Assembly (NCBI GenBank): GCA_000320545.1
Contig: ADNK01000630.1
Coordinates: forward strand, 2,460-66,459
Reading direction: 5' to 3'
Length of the DNA stretch: 64,000 nt
Source: Bigelowiella natans CCMP2755
Taxonomy: Eukaryota; Protista; Cercozoa
In this document: positions 26,501-38,676 of the stretch, in pieces
Layout of the letters: every line of letters starts with the position of its first letter
Position numbering within the stretch: the first letter of the stretch is position 1
Position numbers and translations under genes: made by a program
Notes under the pieces: generated by a model
Told to the model about the DNA's origin: nothing
Seen by the model: the letters and a program-made list of their open reading frames with translations, nothing else
The model's database searches: none

Positions 26501-28990
26501 ATCTTTGCTCCTTTTCTCATTTATAATAAAAATATATTACAACTGCTGTGTGTAGGGTCAAAGTCACATTTCCAACAATATAGGGAGGTTGCTTCGAAAG
26601 CTCCATCGCCGCCTTAATACAGTAAAAAATTACACTGCATAGGCAGAATAAGCTAATTTGGGTACCTGGATTGTCCGAAGCATTGTAATTTCTGCATTTT
26701 CGAACACCTGTTGTTTATTTTAAGGGCTTTCAATGAAAATATGAAGGAAAAAGAAATATCAAATGTACCTTCTCTTTGTTATCCTTATTCAAGTATGTCA
26801 TCTTTTCATATGGATTATCCTTTTAGAATTTACATAATTCAGTCACTACGCCATCAAAAGCATAACTTTGTTTTATTCCAATACCTCCTTAAAAATCACT
26901 ATTAAAGCATCTCCAGCGAACTTGACACAATCTCCACCGTGCTTACACATAAATTATAGGATATTTTATCTTGTAAACTGAATGCACTAGCAAATATATG
27001 CCATTATATTCTAAATAATAATTTGAAATACTCTGTCTATGATATTCAGAAGCTTCGTGAAGTACTGATTGAGATGCCTTGTAACCTTTTCTGCGCCGCT
27101 GAGGAAATCAATGCATCTTCAATTGAAACAGTTGATATAAATTTATGGTTGCCTTTCCCCCATCCTCGCAAAGGATTCGTTCATTCGGGTAAACCCTTTC
27201 ATTAAGGAATCAGTTTTCACTTGGGAAATATGGAATTACGTCTGCTATTCTACCGCTAACATCGGCGATCATCACCCCTGTGTTCTTGAATGTTACAGTC
27301 TCCCCTCCTGGAAAGAATTAGTGCTACAAAATGCAGAAGGACTGTCATATAGACTAATTGGTTACCTATTTCTGGAGGAGTAGTTATTCGTTGATATCTT
27401 TCCAGAACGAATCTACTCAAAATTAAAATTATATTTGTTTACAATCTTAGCATTTAAACTAATATCGACCACCTTGCAACGTAGCTCGACATCTGCGACA
27501 CCAGAGATGTGTCCCTGTATACAGTTCGAACTCAACGTCTTTGCGAACTCAAATCCTTTTATGTTGTAAGGTGTGTTTTGTAGACCCTAACAAACTCTTT
27601 CTCTTCTCTTTTCTGGTTCTTGGGGTCAGAAGACTTGGTATTCCTCCTGCTAGTTTCTTTCCTCTCTTTATTTTAAACTCTGCAGGTCTCTCTTTAGCCC
27701 AATATTCGTTTTCTTCTACAATTTCATCATTCGTTTCAGGAAGAGCCATAGATAAATTATCACTTTCTTCATCTCCACCTGTTGAACATGAACGACTGTT
27801 AGAAGTTGTCACACCGAATACGCATCGTACCTGCTAAATCAAAAACCCTGACACTTTCTAGTCGTGAGAGACGTCGCTTGATTGTCAAATACCGCGTTGG
27901 CGTAAGGGAGCCTAAAATAGGAAAAATGCTGTGAAGGAGTACGAGAGTTGTTTTGCATCAATGTTCAATTCAATGAGAGATGGGAGATGAGAGATTAGAG
28001 ACTTTGATAGTGCTATGTGATAATCGCCAAAGCGAAGTAAGAATGACTGAATGACTGAATGACATTATTTTATAACACATTAACACCTAACGGCAGCTGT
28101 TTCTTAAGTGATGCGATGTCGCGAGAGCTTTGGTTGCGAATCATGTTTGGGGGTGGAGTATGCAATCCGCCTGTGGCGATTTTGATTCTCGGATATTTTC
28201 TATAGGAATTTCCATTCCGCTGTACTGCCGATGAGGGGACACCAGGGACACCAGGGACTAACGTCTTCTGGTCCTCACCATTTTTTGTTTTTTCATCAAA
28301 CTTTTCTTCCAACTTAAGATGACTTTCTTCGTTTGTCTCGAATGAGATTTTATTGTTATTATCACCATCATTCTTCTTCTCATGGGTGACATCCATCATT
28401 GATCGTTTGCGGTCAGCTGCAGGTACAAATGTACAGAACAGAGCAACTCCCAACCTTGGTGGAGGGCCTTTTCCCCCTACGACAACGTATGTAATCAGAA
28501 TACATGCATAAATACGAGTACGGATCCATTCTCGAACAAATCCACCAGTTCATTTTCCTCAGGATTACTCTTTATTTTTATACAGCGACAAGACCGATCA
28601 CTTGTCTCAGTGCAATGCGTCGTAAAGAACCACATGGATATTGAAAGCTGAACTTCGTATGTTCACAAGAATTTTATTTCTTTCCAGGAGAGCACATTTG
28701 CAAGTGACCGCAATATCTTCAGAAATAGTGGAAGAAATAATATAATAAAAATACAAGAATACTAGTCCGATTTCAGTTGTCGTCATCAGGTTTCGAATCG
28801 CATTTGCTTGGAAAGAAAGTACACCTAAATGAATCTCTTCGAGTTTCGTTGAAACCAACAATGACCTGTAATGTTGGTATGCGTCATAGTATATTTTAGT
28901 ATTTTCTTCGTATTTGACCCAGATGGTTGATCTGAGCACTCCAACCTCGTAAGATCCGGTGGAGACCCATCCTCTGCAGATCCACACATG
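19130..28990 (-). CDS. ADCY10-type soluble adenylyl cyclase (two class III catalytic domains plus STAND/AAA P-loop region), many short introns
   Basis: KHGGDCVKFAGDAL (C1), EFLVAGDAFRQL, YLRQFCVDDKGTVLIVVFGVPPF and HGIGIATGDVYVGSVGS (C2), Walker A ISGAPGVGKSALVSKF, SKGNPFVC, LASVLGVQFD. The start position is uncertain (about 28.4-29.0 kb). Confidence 0.88.
22461..22500 (+). repeat. 20-bp tandem duplication
   Basis: acccttgcgatgtaaagtg(c/t) occurs twice in tandem, apparently within an intron. Confidence 0.9.
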
Positions 28991-29292
28991 TAAGGAAGGA
29001 ATCTGCACACTTGTATTGGAAAGACTTCCCCACTTTCAAACATGATTCAAATTGCTGGCTGATAACGTTGCCTTATCCATATAACAGATCAAAATGCAAG
29101 CGAGTTTTAACTCATTTTCGGATGGGGAAGAAAGTGAGACTCAGGCGACTTAACTTTCCTTCATCAATTCTTAATGCAACACACAGTTTTGACAAGACAG
29201 TTCGCTTTGAGAAAATTTAATTATGCCTGGTGTTGCATTATTACCTTTGTAGTAGTTCCTTCTTCTAGGTTGCTTTATGGTAGTAAATCGGT

Positions 29293-30289
29293 ATGGAATC
29301 GGAAACGAAAGGCCGCCGCCAACAGGCGTAGAATTTTGGTATTAAGCTAGAATAATAGTACGAGGGAATTCCAGGCGTAGAATTTTGGTATTAAGCTAGA
29401 ATAATAGTACGAGGGAATTCCACCACCAGTAGTCGTAGTGTAATACCTGTCCAACTATAATACATCCATATCTCTCTGCCTTGCTATGCAGCTGCGGGAA
29501 TCAAAAAAAGTTTCCATGGCGTCATTGAAGGCAGGAGGAACTGCTGAAGAGGAAGAGGAGGGTGATGATGACAACCTTGAAGTAATCGGTTTTTGTAATT
29601 GCGAAGAATATAATCTTGCTGGTCTTCAAATGTATCTAAAAGCTAAGGTATTGTTATTAGAAAGTTGCTGCAAACAAGGCTGTGTTGTTATTGTTATTAG
29701 AAAGTTGCTGCAAACAAGGCTGTGTTGTTATTGTTATTAGAAAGTTGCTACAAACAAGGCTGTGTTGTTATTGTTATTAGAAAGTTGCTACAAACAAGGC
29801 TGTGTTGTTATTGTTATTAGAAAGTTGCTACAAACAAGGCTGTGTTGTTGGCTGTGTTGTTGCCACAATAAGCTACCAAACACACTAAGATGATAGCTCA
29901 GAGAGCATCACCACTAACAACATTCAAGATTATGACGAGAAAATTTTGAGATAGAAGGATGATACTGCAATTTAGTTGTTGTATTTCTCATTGCTAGCAG
30001 CCATATTTTTATGGCTACTAAAGATTGATGGTGTTTTTTCGGCTTCGTACGTTTCAAGGCTTACATTGAAAATGGTATTGGAGGAGGAAAAGAGGGTAGT
30101 ACTGCTGTAGAAATGGTGGGTATTATGAATACGGGGACGAGTTCACAGCACATCGTACAAAGAAGCGGCAATACGATAAGTAGTGCTCCTAATCTAACGG
30201 AGCTTGTCGAAGAAGAGCTTGCCCCCCTCATCAACGACAAAAAAGAACAGTACGAAAAACTATCACGCGACGATGCTAATGCTACTAGC

Positions 30290-30321
<32 letters not shown>

Positions 30322-31349
30322 ATGATAATGATGACGACGATAATGATAATCGGGGAAATGACAAGCAGAGAGAGAATCACATTTTTTTTGGGGAAACGTA
30401 GAAAGTAAGTAAGCACAACGAAAGGGTGGGGTAGGGGAGGGATATACCCCGTCATAACATACTCATGACTATTACCTACGAATCAGTCACATAATCTTGA
30501 TTATTAACCTCGATTCAGTCAAGAAAATCTTGATTATTTACTACGACTCAGGCTTGCTTCCGCTACTACAAGTACAAGGAAATATCATACATTTGATATG
30601 AGTTCCCCTCCCAATGAAATTGATGATGAACACACTGCTGAAAAGATCAAGAACTTGAGACTTCGTCGTCGTGGTATGTTAGTAGACAGAAGGGGTGCTT
30701 GAAAGGTGTGGAGGACAGGAAAGTAGAATGTACTTCTCCAGCTTTCTATTTCGTAGATCATTTGTAAAAACTTGGTGCTGCTGTTACTACTTATTACTTT
30801 CAAGGCGTGAGCTTGGCCGATGGTCCTCGCTTTGTGAAGCTATATCCAGATTGCTTGCATCTACGAGTAGCTGCTACAGGAAGGAATGACTACAATGAAG
30901 GGGGAGGTGAAAGGAAGAGACTCAACAAGACGATGACGATGACGAAGAACAACAAACAGGGCGGTGCAGTAGAAGCAGGAAGAGGAAGTGGTGCAACAGG
31001 ACAAGGAAGGAGCAGGGATGTAGATACTACTGCTGCGCAAAACGAAGAAAAGGAAGATGCAAAAAAAGAACAAAAACGGAAAAATGGCGTTGGTGAAAAA
31101 GATGCAGCAGACGTATTCGTCGTATCTTGGGGTGTGGTCGTGATGTGGTAATGAAGGAAGAAGGAAAAGTTAGCAATATTTTTCATCATCTTCTCCTCTA
31201 CTCTATCGATGGCGTAAATGATTTTGATGATAATGATGATATGTTGATGGGTATTCGTATACTCTGCTGCATCGATACTTCCTCTCGAATATAAGTTTCC
31301 TCAAATCTTGTGGTGACAGCCCTCCATTCTATTAATGAATGAATATTAC

Positions 31350-31385
<36 letters not shown>

Positions 31386-32873
31386 AATATATTAGATCGT
31401 GATCTCGATATAGTAGCTGATGTGCCAAACCTTGCCACTCTGTCTCCCCCTCCCTCCCTCCGCCCCCCCCTCTCACATTCACCAAATACACACTTAATAA
31501 CATTTGTGCAGGAACACCAACGAAAAAGCCACCCAAACAGTGCGGCGGATGGTACGGCAGTTTCAAGTTGGACGGATAAAGGGCGCTGAGGATATTGAAA
31601 CTGAGGATATGGACTACGTATTCGGGGGGAGGCGTTCTGTGAAGGGCGACCTCATTACATTGTCGTTAGAGAAAGAGGGAGAGGTAGAAAGTGTGAGACA
31701 CACTTATTACTTGCAACTTTGCTCCTGCTGCCTATACAGCTGCTATTGCTGCCATGGTTTAATAAATAAATACCTAAGTTTGGTATAGCTGCCGTCCATC
31801 CATCCACCAGTAAGCTTCTTATTATTATTATTCTTCTTCTTCTTCTTCTTCTTCTATTTCTTCTTCTTCTATACCCATAGCAGTAGCAACTACATAGTGT
31901 TGTAGATGTATCACCTAATAATACATACATACATACATACATACATACATACATACCACATATCCGAAGGATGCAGTACATGAAAAGCTTGCAGCTACAT
32001 TGGCCTTAGCACAAAGTCTAAAGCTTAGCGTTCTCGAAACGCGATTACAAAAGCAATTTGAAGAAGTGAAGCACCTGCCGAGGGAGGTAGTTTAGTAGAA
32101 GCAGTAGTAGTAGTAGTTGCTGTTGTGGTGATACATAGGAAAGATGGAAAAGAGGCTCATCCATGATTCATTGCCCATTGTTGTCTATAAAATATGGTGA
32201 TGATGACGATGACCCCCCTCCACTTCCCTAAAGCTTGCTAAGCACGGACAAATAGCGTCGTTATCGAGGAAAGGAGTCCAGAAACTGCTAGGCCGCCTAT
32301 TCATTACCCATACAGGTAATGTTAATGGACTCATCATATAAAAGCAGATCGATATCATAGAAAAGAATTGTCATTGGAATTTATTATTTTTCTTTTCTTG
32401 ACTGTTAACATGGCCTGTACAATCAACAAGCTTGTATCTCACATCTTATTACACGATAACACCTACTACTACTACTACTACTACTACTACTCCGTAGATT
32501 TGACATTGACCTCTGATCTTCTCGACACGCCCGAATTCTTTTGGGAGGAAGATGCAAATCTCCCCTTCTATAAGACGGTATTAGTTGTGATATTGTTTAC
32601 ATATCTAGTGACGAATGTATCATCTTCATGCTGAAAGTACTTCTTGGTTATAATTAGATGTTTTCGTATTTGGAGATACCAAAAAGAACCTCAACTTTCA
32701 ATAAACGGAAGGATGTTTTGCACGAGCTTTATGAGGTGATCCGAGACTCGAAGGAATCCCAGTATTCTGACCGTCTGGAATGGATCATTATTTGGTTGAT
32801 TCTTGTGGAAGTGATCCTTGAATTGGTGCAAATTCTTGTTGGATACTATCACTACTTTCATTATGATGACTAA
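29293..32873 (+). CDS. RMD1/RMND1 (DUF155, YagE-like) family protein
   Basis: GFCNCEEYNL, DVFVVSWGVVVMW, EKLAATLALAQSLKLSVLE, LPRE-LAKHGQI, LLDTPEFFWEE, YLEIPKRTSTFNKR, RLEWIIIWLILVEV. Confidence 0.9.
29323..29420 (+). repeat. Perfect 49-bp tandem duplication spanning the predicted first exon/intron junction
   Basis: caggcgtagaattttggtattaagctagaataatagtacgagggaattc at 29323-29371 and 29372-29420. Confidence 0.95.
29649..29848 (+). repeat. Intronic minisatellite, 5 x 40 bp
   Basis: Unit tattgttattagaaagttgct(g/a)caaacaaggctgtgttgt; copies 1-2 have G and copies 3-5 have A. Confidence 0.95.
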
Positions 32874-32949
32874 CCGGTGATTAACATTTATGGTCGATGT
32901 TCCCAGAGACAACTAGACAAGTTGAGAATATCCAGATGCATCAGTCTCG

Positions 32950-33760
32950 AAATTCTGACATTCTAGCATTGCATTTTGCAATGTGAACTACACATCTAGA
33001 CATGCTAGCATGTGAAAAAGAAATTCTACCCATGCTAGCATGGCATGCTACTACTAGCTAGCTAGATGTGTCAACAGCTGTGCTGTGCATCACTAGATCA
33101 CTAGCGCTGAGCGCACTGCTAGCACACAGCCTCTTATCAACGCTAGCATGATTATCATGTAACAATCTAGCAATCCACACAACAAACGCAACAACGTGTG
33201 CAGACTGTGCTAGCACGTTTACCAGCACACAGCACATCATCGTTGTCCGCATCAAATCTGCCATGCTAGCATGGGACAAATGTAAGCGCAACAGATCTAG
33301 ATGGATCGACATGCGTCGCAGCGCTCTCTTCTAGCTAGCTAGTCTCTGCTGACTGTAGTGTCTTAGTGGACTCGCAATTTCTTGTGAACATGATCGGCTG
33401 CGCATGGATACTACTGCACTCCTCTAGTCTAGTAGTCTCATCTAGACGAGATCAACAAGTCCATGGTTTCATCCCTTTTGCAACTTGCACGGTGTGTAGA
33501 TAGCACAAGTCTAGATGTGCCTAATGTACATTTGTGTCCATCAAAGCTAGGCTCGTGAGTACCTGCTAAATTGCAGGTGCTGTTGGTGTCGATGATGATG
33601 CTGGATGGAGAGCCTCTGATGATGCATGCGCGGGGCGTGTGGCGACTCGGACGGAGGGGGTTAGCCTTGCTGCTGCAGGTATCTAAGTGATGCTACTGTA
33701 GGTTAAACCTGGACATGTCTACCTTGCTAGCTAGATATGATCGCTTGATCGCATGGATTT
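32950..33760. other. CTAG-rich, otherwise TpA-poor intergenic tract
   Basis: Dense gctagc/tctaga/actagc words with TGCA/CATG, between the convergent RMD1-like and bestrophin genes. Confidence 0.75.
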
Positions 33761-33819
33761 CAGTTTTGTACGATGAAAAATCACTCCGTATCTGTCTCAT
33801 TTTGACTACCTAAAGTGAA

Positions 33820-36800
33820 TTAAAAACTGCCGCGGCGGCCAAGGCCACTAAACCCACTCATCTTTAAAGTATCCTCTCTTTCTTTCAAATCTTTGGTCTC
33901 ATATCCACCGATTTTACTAACGCTGGAAGCTTTCGAGTGCTTCACTTCATAAAATCCGTTCTTGCTAACACTAGATTTATTCGTTTTGCTACCACTCCCA
34001 CCGTCTGCAACATCCTGGCCTAGTGTACGCCTGCATTTACTTCCACTTCCCATATCCTGATCATTACGTCTTAACCTACTTCCACTTCCCGTATCTTGAT
34101 CATTGCGTCTTAACCTACTTCCACTTCCTCCATCCTGATTGAGATAAGTATTATCAACAGTGCATAAAAAATGACTAAATGTATTCATTGGAACCTGTAA
34201 TTTTGTTTCAGTTCCAAGTTTTGGCTTGCCATACGGGTGTATTTTTTGAATAGTATCATCAACCAAAGCCACTGCAGATCGAACCTACCGGACAACACTA
34301 CTATTAGTTCGTTTCGTGAATGAAAGAAATACTGAAATGCTGAATGAACGAAATTTTGTTTTGTATTTTAGCTATTAATTTCTACGTACATAGAGATGCA
34401 ACGGGAAATCCACAGCTGTATAACCTAATAATGTGGAAGTCAACGAAATATTCAGTGTATTTGCGTACTACTACAATTTTTCACACCGAATGGAGTTGAC
34501 AACGAAGAATGAACCTGACCATAAATCATAGTATGAGCATGACTGTAATATTCACGTTATTGTACAACACCAGCTGTTACCACTCTATCAGATGATATTT
34601 ACCTCCAATATGCCTTCGACAATGATGCTCAAACCGACAATTATAATGTAACCCAGAATAATAGATTCTACCGAATCTTCATCAATTCCATATCTCAAAA
34701 ATTCGCTTATCCAGATGCTTGCTAATACCAACTGGATCAAGAATATTGGTTACAAACTCAAATACAATAATAGCAAAATTCACACCTCAATTTTTGAAAT
34801 GATGGCCACTAAGTGTGTGTAAATATAGGGAACCTGAACATTTTAGTTTGGATATTTACAAATTTACAAAATCTCCAATAATAAGGTAAATGTAACTCGC
34901 ATTGGTAATTTACCGGAGTTTCGATAAGAGCAAACATATTTTCAATATTTGACTGCTGCGATGAAATAGATTTCTCAAGGCCCTAAAATAATTGGAAAAT
35001 TCAACGAATATGCAGCTACGAATAGGCCCGCTTCTATTTTCCACCTGAATGCAAAGAGCTGTAGATTCTGGGTGTACAAAGCGATCCGCATGTCGTCTTT
35101 ATAGAATAAGTTAGGTTCTTGTAAAAGTTGAAATCCTTCTTTCATAAACGAAAAATACCTCGCAAAGAGCCATAAATCGCTCCGAATCCATGAATATGCA
35201 AGATAATAACATCCTGCTACAGTTTTCAATTTTTTCCGCTCTTTTAGAGTGAGCAATCCCTTCAGAAATCAAGAAATATATATTCAAATCAAAATATCAA
35301 ATTTGTTACAGTAAAAAGTATTTTACCTGATACGTGAGTAGCTTTAGATCACGCTCTCCCCTTATAGCCTGCGTGAACATTATGAAAGCAGCAATTTGCA
35401 AACGAATAGCCTGGAAACATGATACAAAAGTCAGTTGACTAGTATGGAGATAGAACTTTAAATCTAGAAATAAAGGCTTCAAATACCTTTTCTCTGAAAT
35501 CGATTGAGGTTTCATCGGAAGCCGGAACATATGCTAATAGCATCTAAATTGGAGATTACAATAGTTTGCGTTTAGTGGATAGATACGATTGAGAACTAAT
35601 AGAACCTGGATAAAGTCCCTGATATTACTTGTCAGATTCTGAAAATTGGCCTATCGATATATAACTTCATCTTTAGTTCATACAATATTCTATGTGATCA
35701 CGACTACCAACATCAAGATGAAGTAAACGGTGTGATTTACCCGAGTCTCCCACCAACGAGATAATGAAATGTGCAAAAGGAGTCCAAGAAAGGCTGCTGT
35801 TAGAAGTGTCAACACGACAATAGGGCCATCTACCACAAAAAAAGACGATAAGATTTCGTTTGATTCCTATCGTTAATTAGCTCTGACCTCCGATCGGCCT
35901 AGCACACATCGAGCAACCTTCTTGAGAACCACTAACTTCACACTTTGAAGTGCAGAGGCGGGAGGCATAAAGTGTGGAAAGAGCCAAAAGTATCTACATC
36001 ACAAGATATCAGAGTTTACTTCGCTTTTAAATTTTAAAACAAATGAGCCACCAAGATTTGTCCCCATAGCTTACTGGATCTACAAGAACAAATACCGAGG
36101 GGGGTTACTTAGGTAAAATGTATTTATCATGATGCTTGTTAAGAAATGCCTTAACACAGTTCCATTGGCAGCTTTGAACCATCCATGTGAGAATAGATGC
36201 CGGGGAGCATACCTTACATCATATGCACACTAGGTGCCACTACTAAAGCCAATAAAACAATGAATGTACCAATAGACATGGCCGTTATCAGAGACGACCT
36301 AAATTATGAATTAGACTATCGTGAAACTCAACACTTGTTACTATTTGCTACGGACCTTATCAGGACCGGGCGATGCCCCTGATACCGGGTGCATCTTGTG
36401 TATATTGATATCCTACACAAAATGATTTTATCACTTTCACATTTCACATGACAATATAATCAATCACCTTTCCAATGCGCATAAGTCGTAATAGACGAAG
36501 TAAACGAAAGGCATGGAAACGGGGATTGCCTGGTATACGTTGAACATGTCAGTGAACCCTTGATTTGCGTTTGCTACAATTTTATATATACTCATTGTGA
36601 AAGCAACAATGTCCCCTGCGATGCTGAAACAATCTAGATACACCATCGGCCTCTACCGTACGATGAGATTTTAATGGAGAACACACGTTCAACAGAGGTC
36701 CTTAGTGTACTACCAGAAATAGCCTCCAACGATAGATTGCAACCCTTAGCATGAATTCAGCCTGTCGGCAAAATTCCAATGTTATCAATGCAATACTTCT

Positions 36801-38676
36801 AATTTGAGGAGGCCATAACCAAAAAGATGAAGAATATCACAAAATTTATAAGCTCCATGGTACCCCTAAAAAGATTTAAATGCTATGGTGTTATAGGTTG
36901 TTTCTCAAAATTGGTGCTAGATTAAAGTACCCATTTCTTTCGGTGAATATTTGAAAACATAGAAAGCCAATAGATGCTGCAACTAGGATAGCACTCATCT
37001 GAAGTATTAATATCTTACTTATAAATCTTAAAATCTATTCAGAATGAATTTCACTGTGTTCGGTAGCTTTCCATCAATCCATAGCACAAGTTTTTCCTCC
37101 AGTTTCAGATCGGCCAAATAATCCTGTTCGAAATTTCGAGATTACGGGGTTTCTAGATGGTTTACATGTTAACTGGGGTAGGTTACCGCATTCCTACTTT
37201 TTCTTTGTATTTTATTGTGCCTTTCTTCTTCCTCTCGGTTGAAATTCTGATTATTATTTAATTTAATATGATTTTTTGGGTAAGTATTGACATGTACCTT
37301 CAGAAACTGTCTAGTTTCAAACGTAAGCCTTGGACCCGTATAATATTGAAAACGTTTGCTGCTGGCACTTTGAGGACTCTCTTTCATTCTTCTAAATTAA
37401 TCATTTGAAGAAATAAAGAAACAACCCTCATGAATGTGTTGCTCATGCACACAGTAATTGGGGGAAAACATTGACCTGCGTTTTTCTGAATTATAAGCTT
37501 CGCTTAATTTATATGAATTCTGAGAAGATAAAGATGTGCAGTAACTAATCGCTTCTCATGACAATTTTGTAGCAGTAAAGTCTCTGCTTACCCTATTTGA
37601 CTTTTTTGAAAAAGTTGAAGTTTCATACTGCGGATGTTCCACTAATATATATTAGAGAGATTCCTAAATTCATAGCTGCTGTATCAGTTTTTACAAAGTG
37701 AGTTCATACCTCTAGAATCTGGATCTTCTATCCTCTCATCACGGTAATCGTATTGAGGATCAACGGAGACTGGAGGCGGACGCCTAAGGTCAACAGATTC
37801 TGTGTGATGCTCGGGTCTGATCCTCCTCAGTCTTTCCTTTCGTGCATTTGCTTGCATTCTAGAGGAGGACTTTCTGCGTCGCATAGGTTCTGACATAGAC
37901 TGAAGGTAGACTTTGCTTGTCTCTGTATCCTGTGTAAATTGTATTGTTTAGTCACGTACTTGCTCTCTTAGTTAAGGTAAGAATCACCGATTTCAAGGCC
38001 CTCGTTATCCTGTGTGAGCCAGTTGCAGCAACGCAGGGTTTCCGTTTCCGCTCCCATCGATTGTTTTCGTAGTCCTGTAACTGTTAATTGAGAATGAGTT
38101 AAGTTACCCTCGTGACAATTCATTTCATTTCGGATTACTAGTATTCCTTCTTGATATCGATTTACGTTGGATAATTTTGATTCTTTATCCTTCATAATAT
38201 ACGCTATGGATGGATCAGACTCATCTTCGTGGAGGAGTCGTGCAGCTGAGGAGACTAGATTTTGGTTCTAAGCAGAAAATATTATGACAAATCCATTTCA
38301 CAAAACAAGTGAAGCGTAGTATCACCTTAATTTTTGGGTTTGAGTCCAAACCACTGTGAGAACTAAATTGCTGTGATCTTGTTGCCATTGACGACATTGA
38401 AGACTGAGAATGTATCTTCCGATGCCCATAATTTGTTGGCTCAGTGGTCAAGTACAAAGAATCTTGAAATAAGTTACAGAAATTTATTGTCCATGAATAG
38501 ATAATTACATTGTGCTTACCTTGAGGGTATGCGATCTTGGGTTTGAACTTTGGCATCGATGGTGGGTCATCGTCATTGCGGTTGGAAGGTGATATGTCCT
38601 CGGAGCTGCCCTGCACTTTTCTATTTGGATTTGAACGATGATGTTTCGCCATATAGGCGTCGTGTACAGTGTGCAT
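33820..38676 (-). CDS. Voltage-sensor domain (S1-S4) fused to a bestrophin-family channel
   Basis: Phase-consistent exons 37123-37055, 36998-36931 (S1), 36865-36820 plus 36761-36714 (S2 ...FFIFLAEFMLRVAIY), 36652-36592 (S3 VYLDCFSI), 36529-36468 (S4 FRLLRLLRLMRIGK) and 36412-36356 (linker). Bestrophin motifs follow: GTVL, FLGLLLHISLSRWWETR (35829-35741), GLLTLKE, PVPYIYTHLV, EGILEVHSSLSTPFGYTAVDFP. Start codon uncertain. Confidence 0.88.
34040..34140 (-). repeat. 36-bp coding tandem repeat (GSGSRLRRNDQD) in the bestrophin C-terminal tail
   Basis: Visible in ORF 33820..34272: GSGSRLRRNDQDT GSGSRLRRNDQDM GSGSK. Confidence 0.85.

Noticed and set aside
29649-29848. Regularly spaced repeats resembling a CRISPR array
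   Set aside because: Units are head-to-tail with no unique spacers, the locus is intronic and there are no cas genes; it is a minisatellite.
36464-36646. ORF-track peptide MVYLDCFSI...PFVYFVYYDLCALER as a real exon
   Set aside because: It reads through a 62-nt intron (36591-36530); the spliced frame gives the S4 helix instead.
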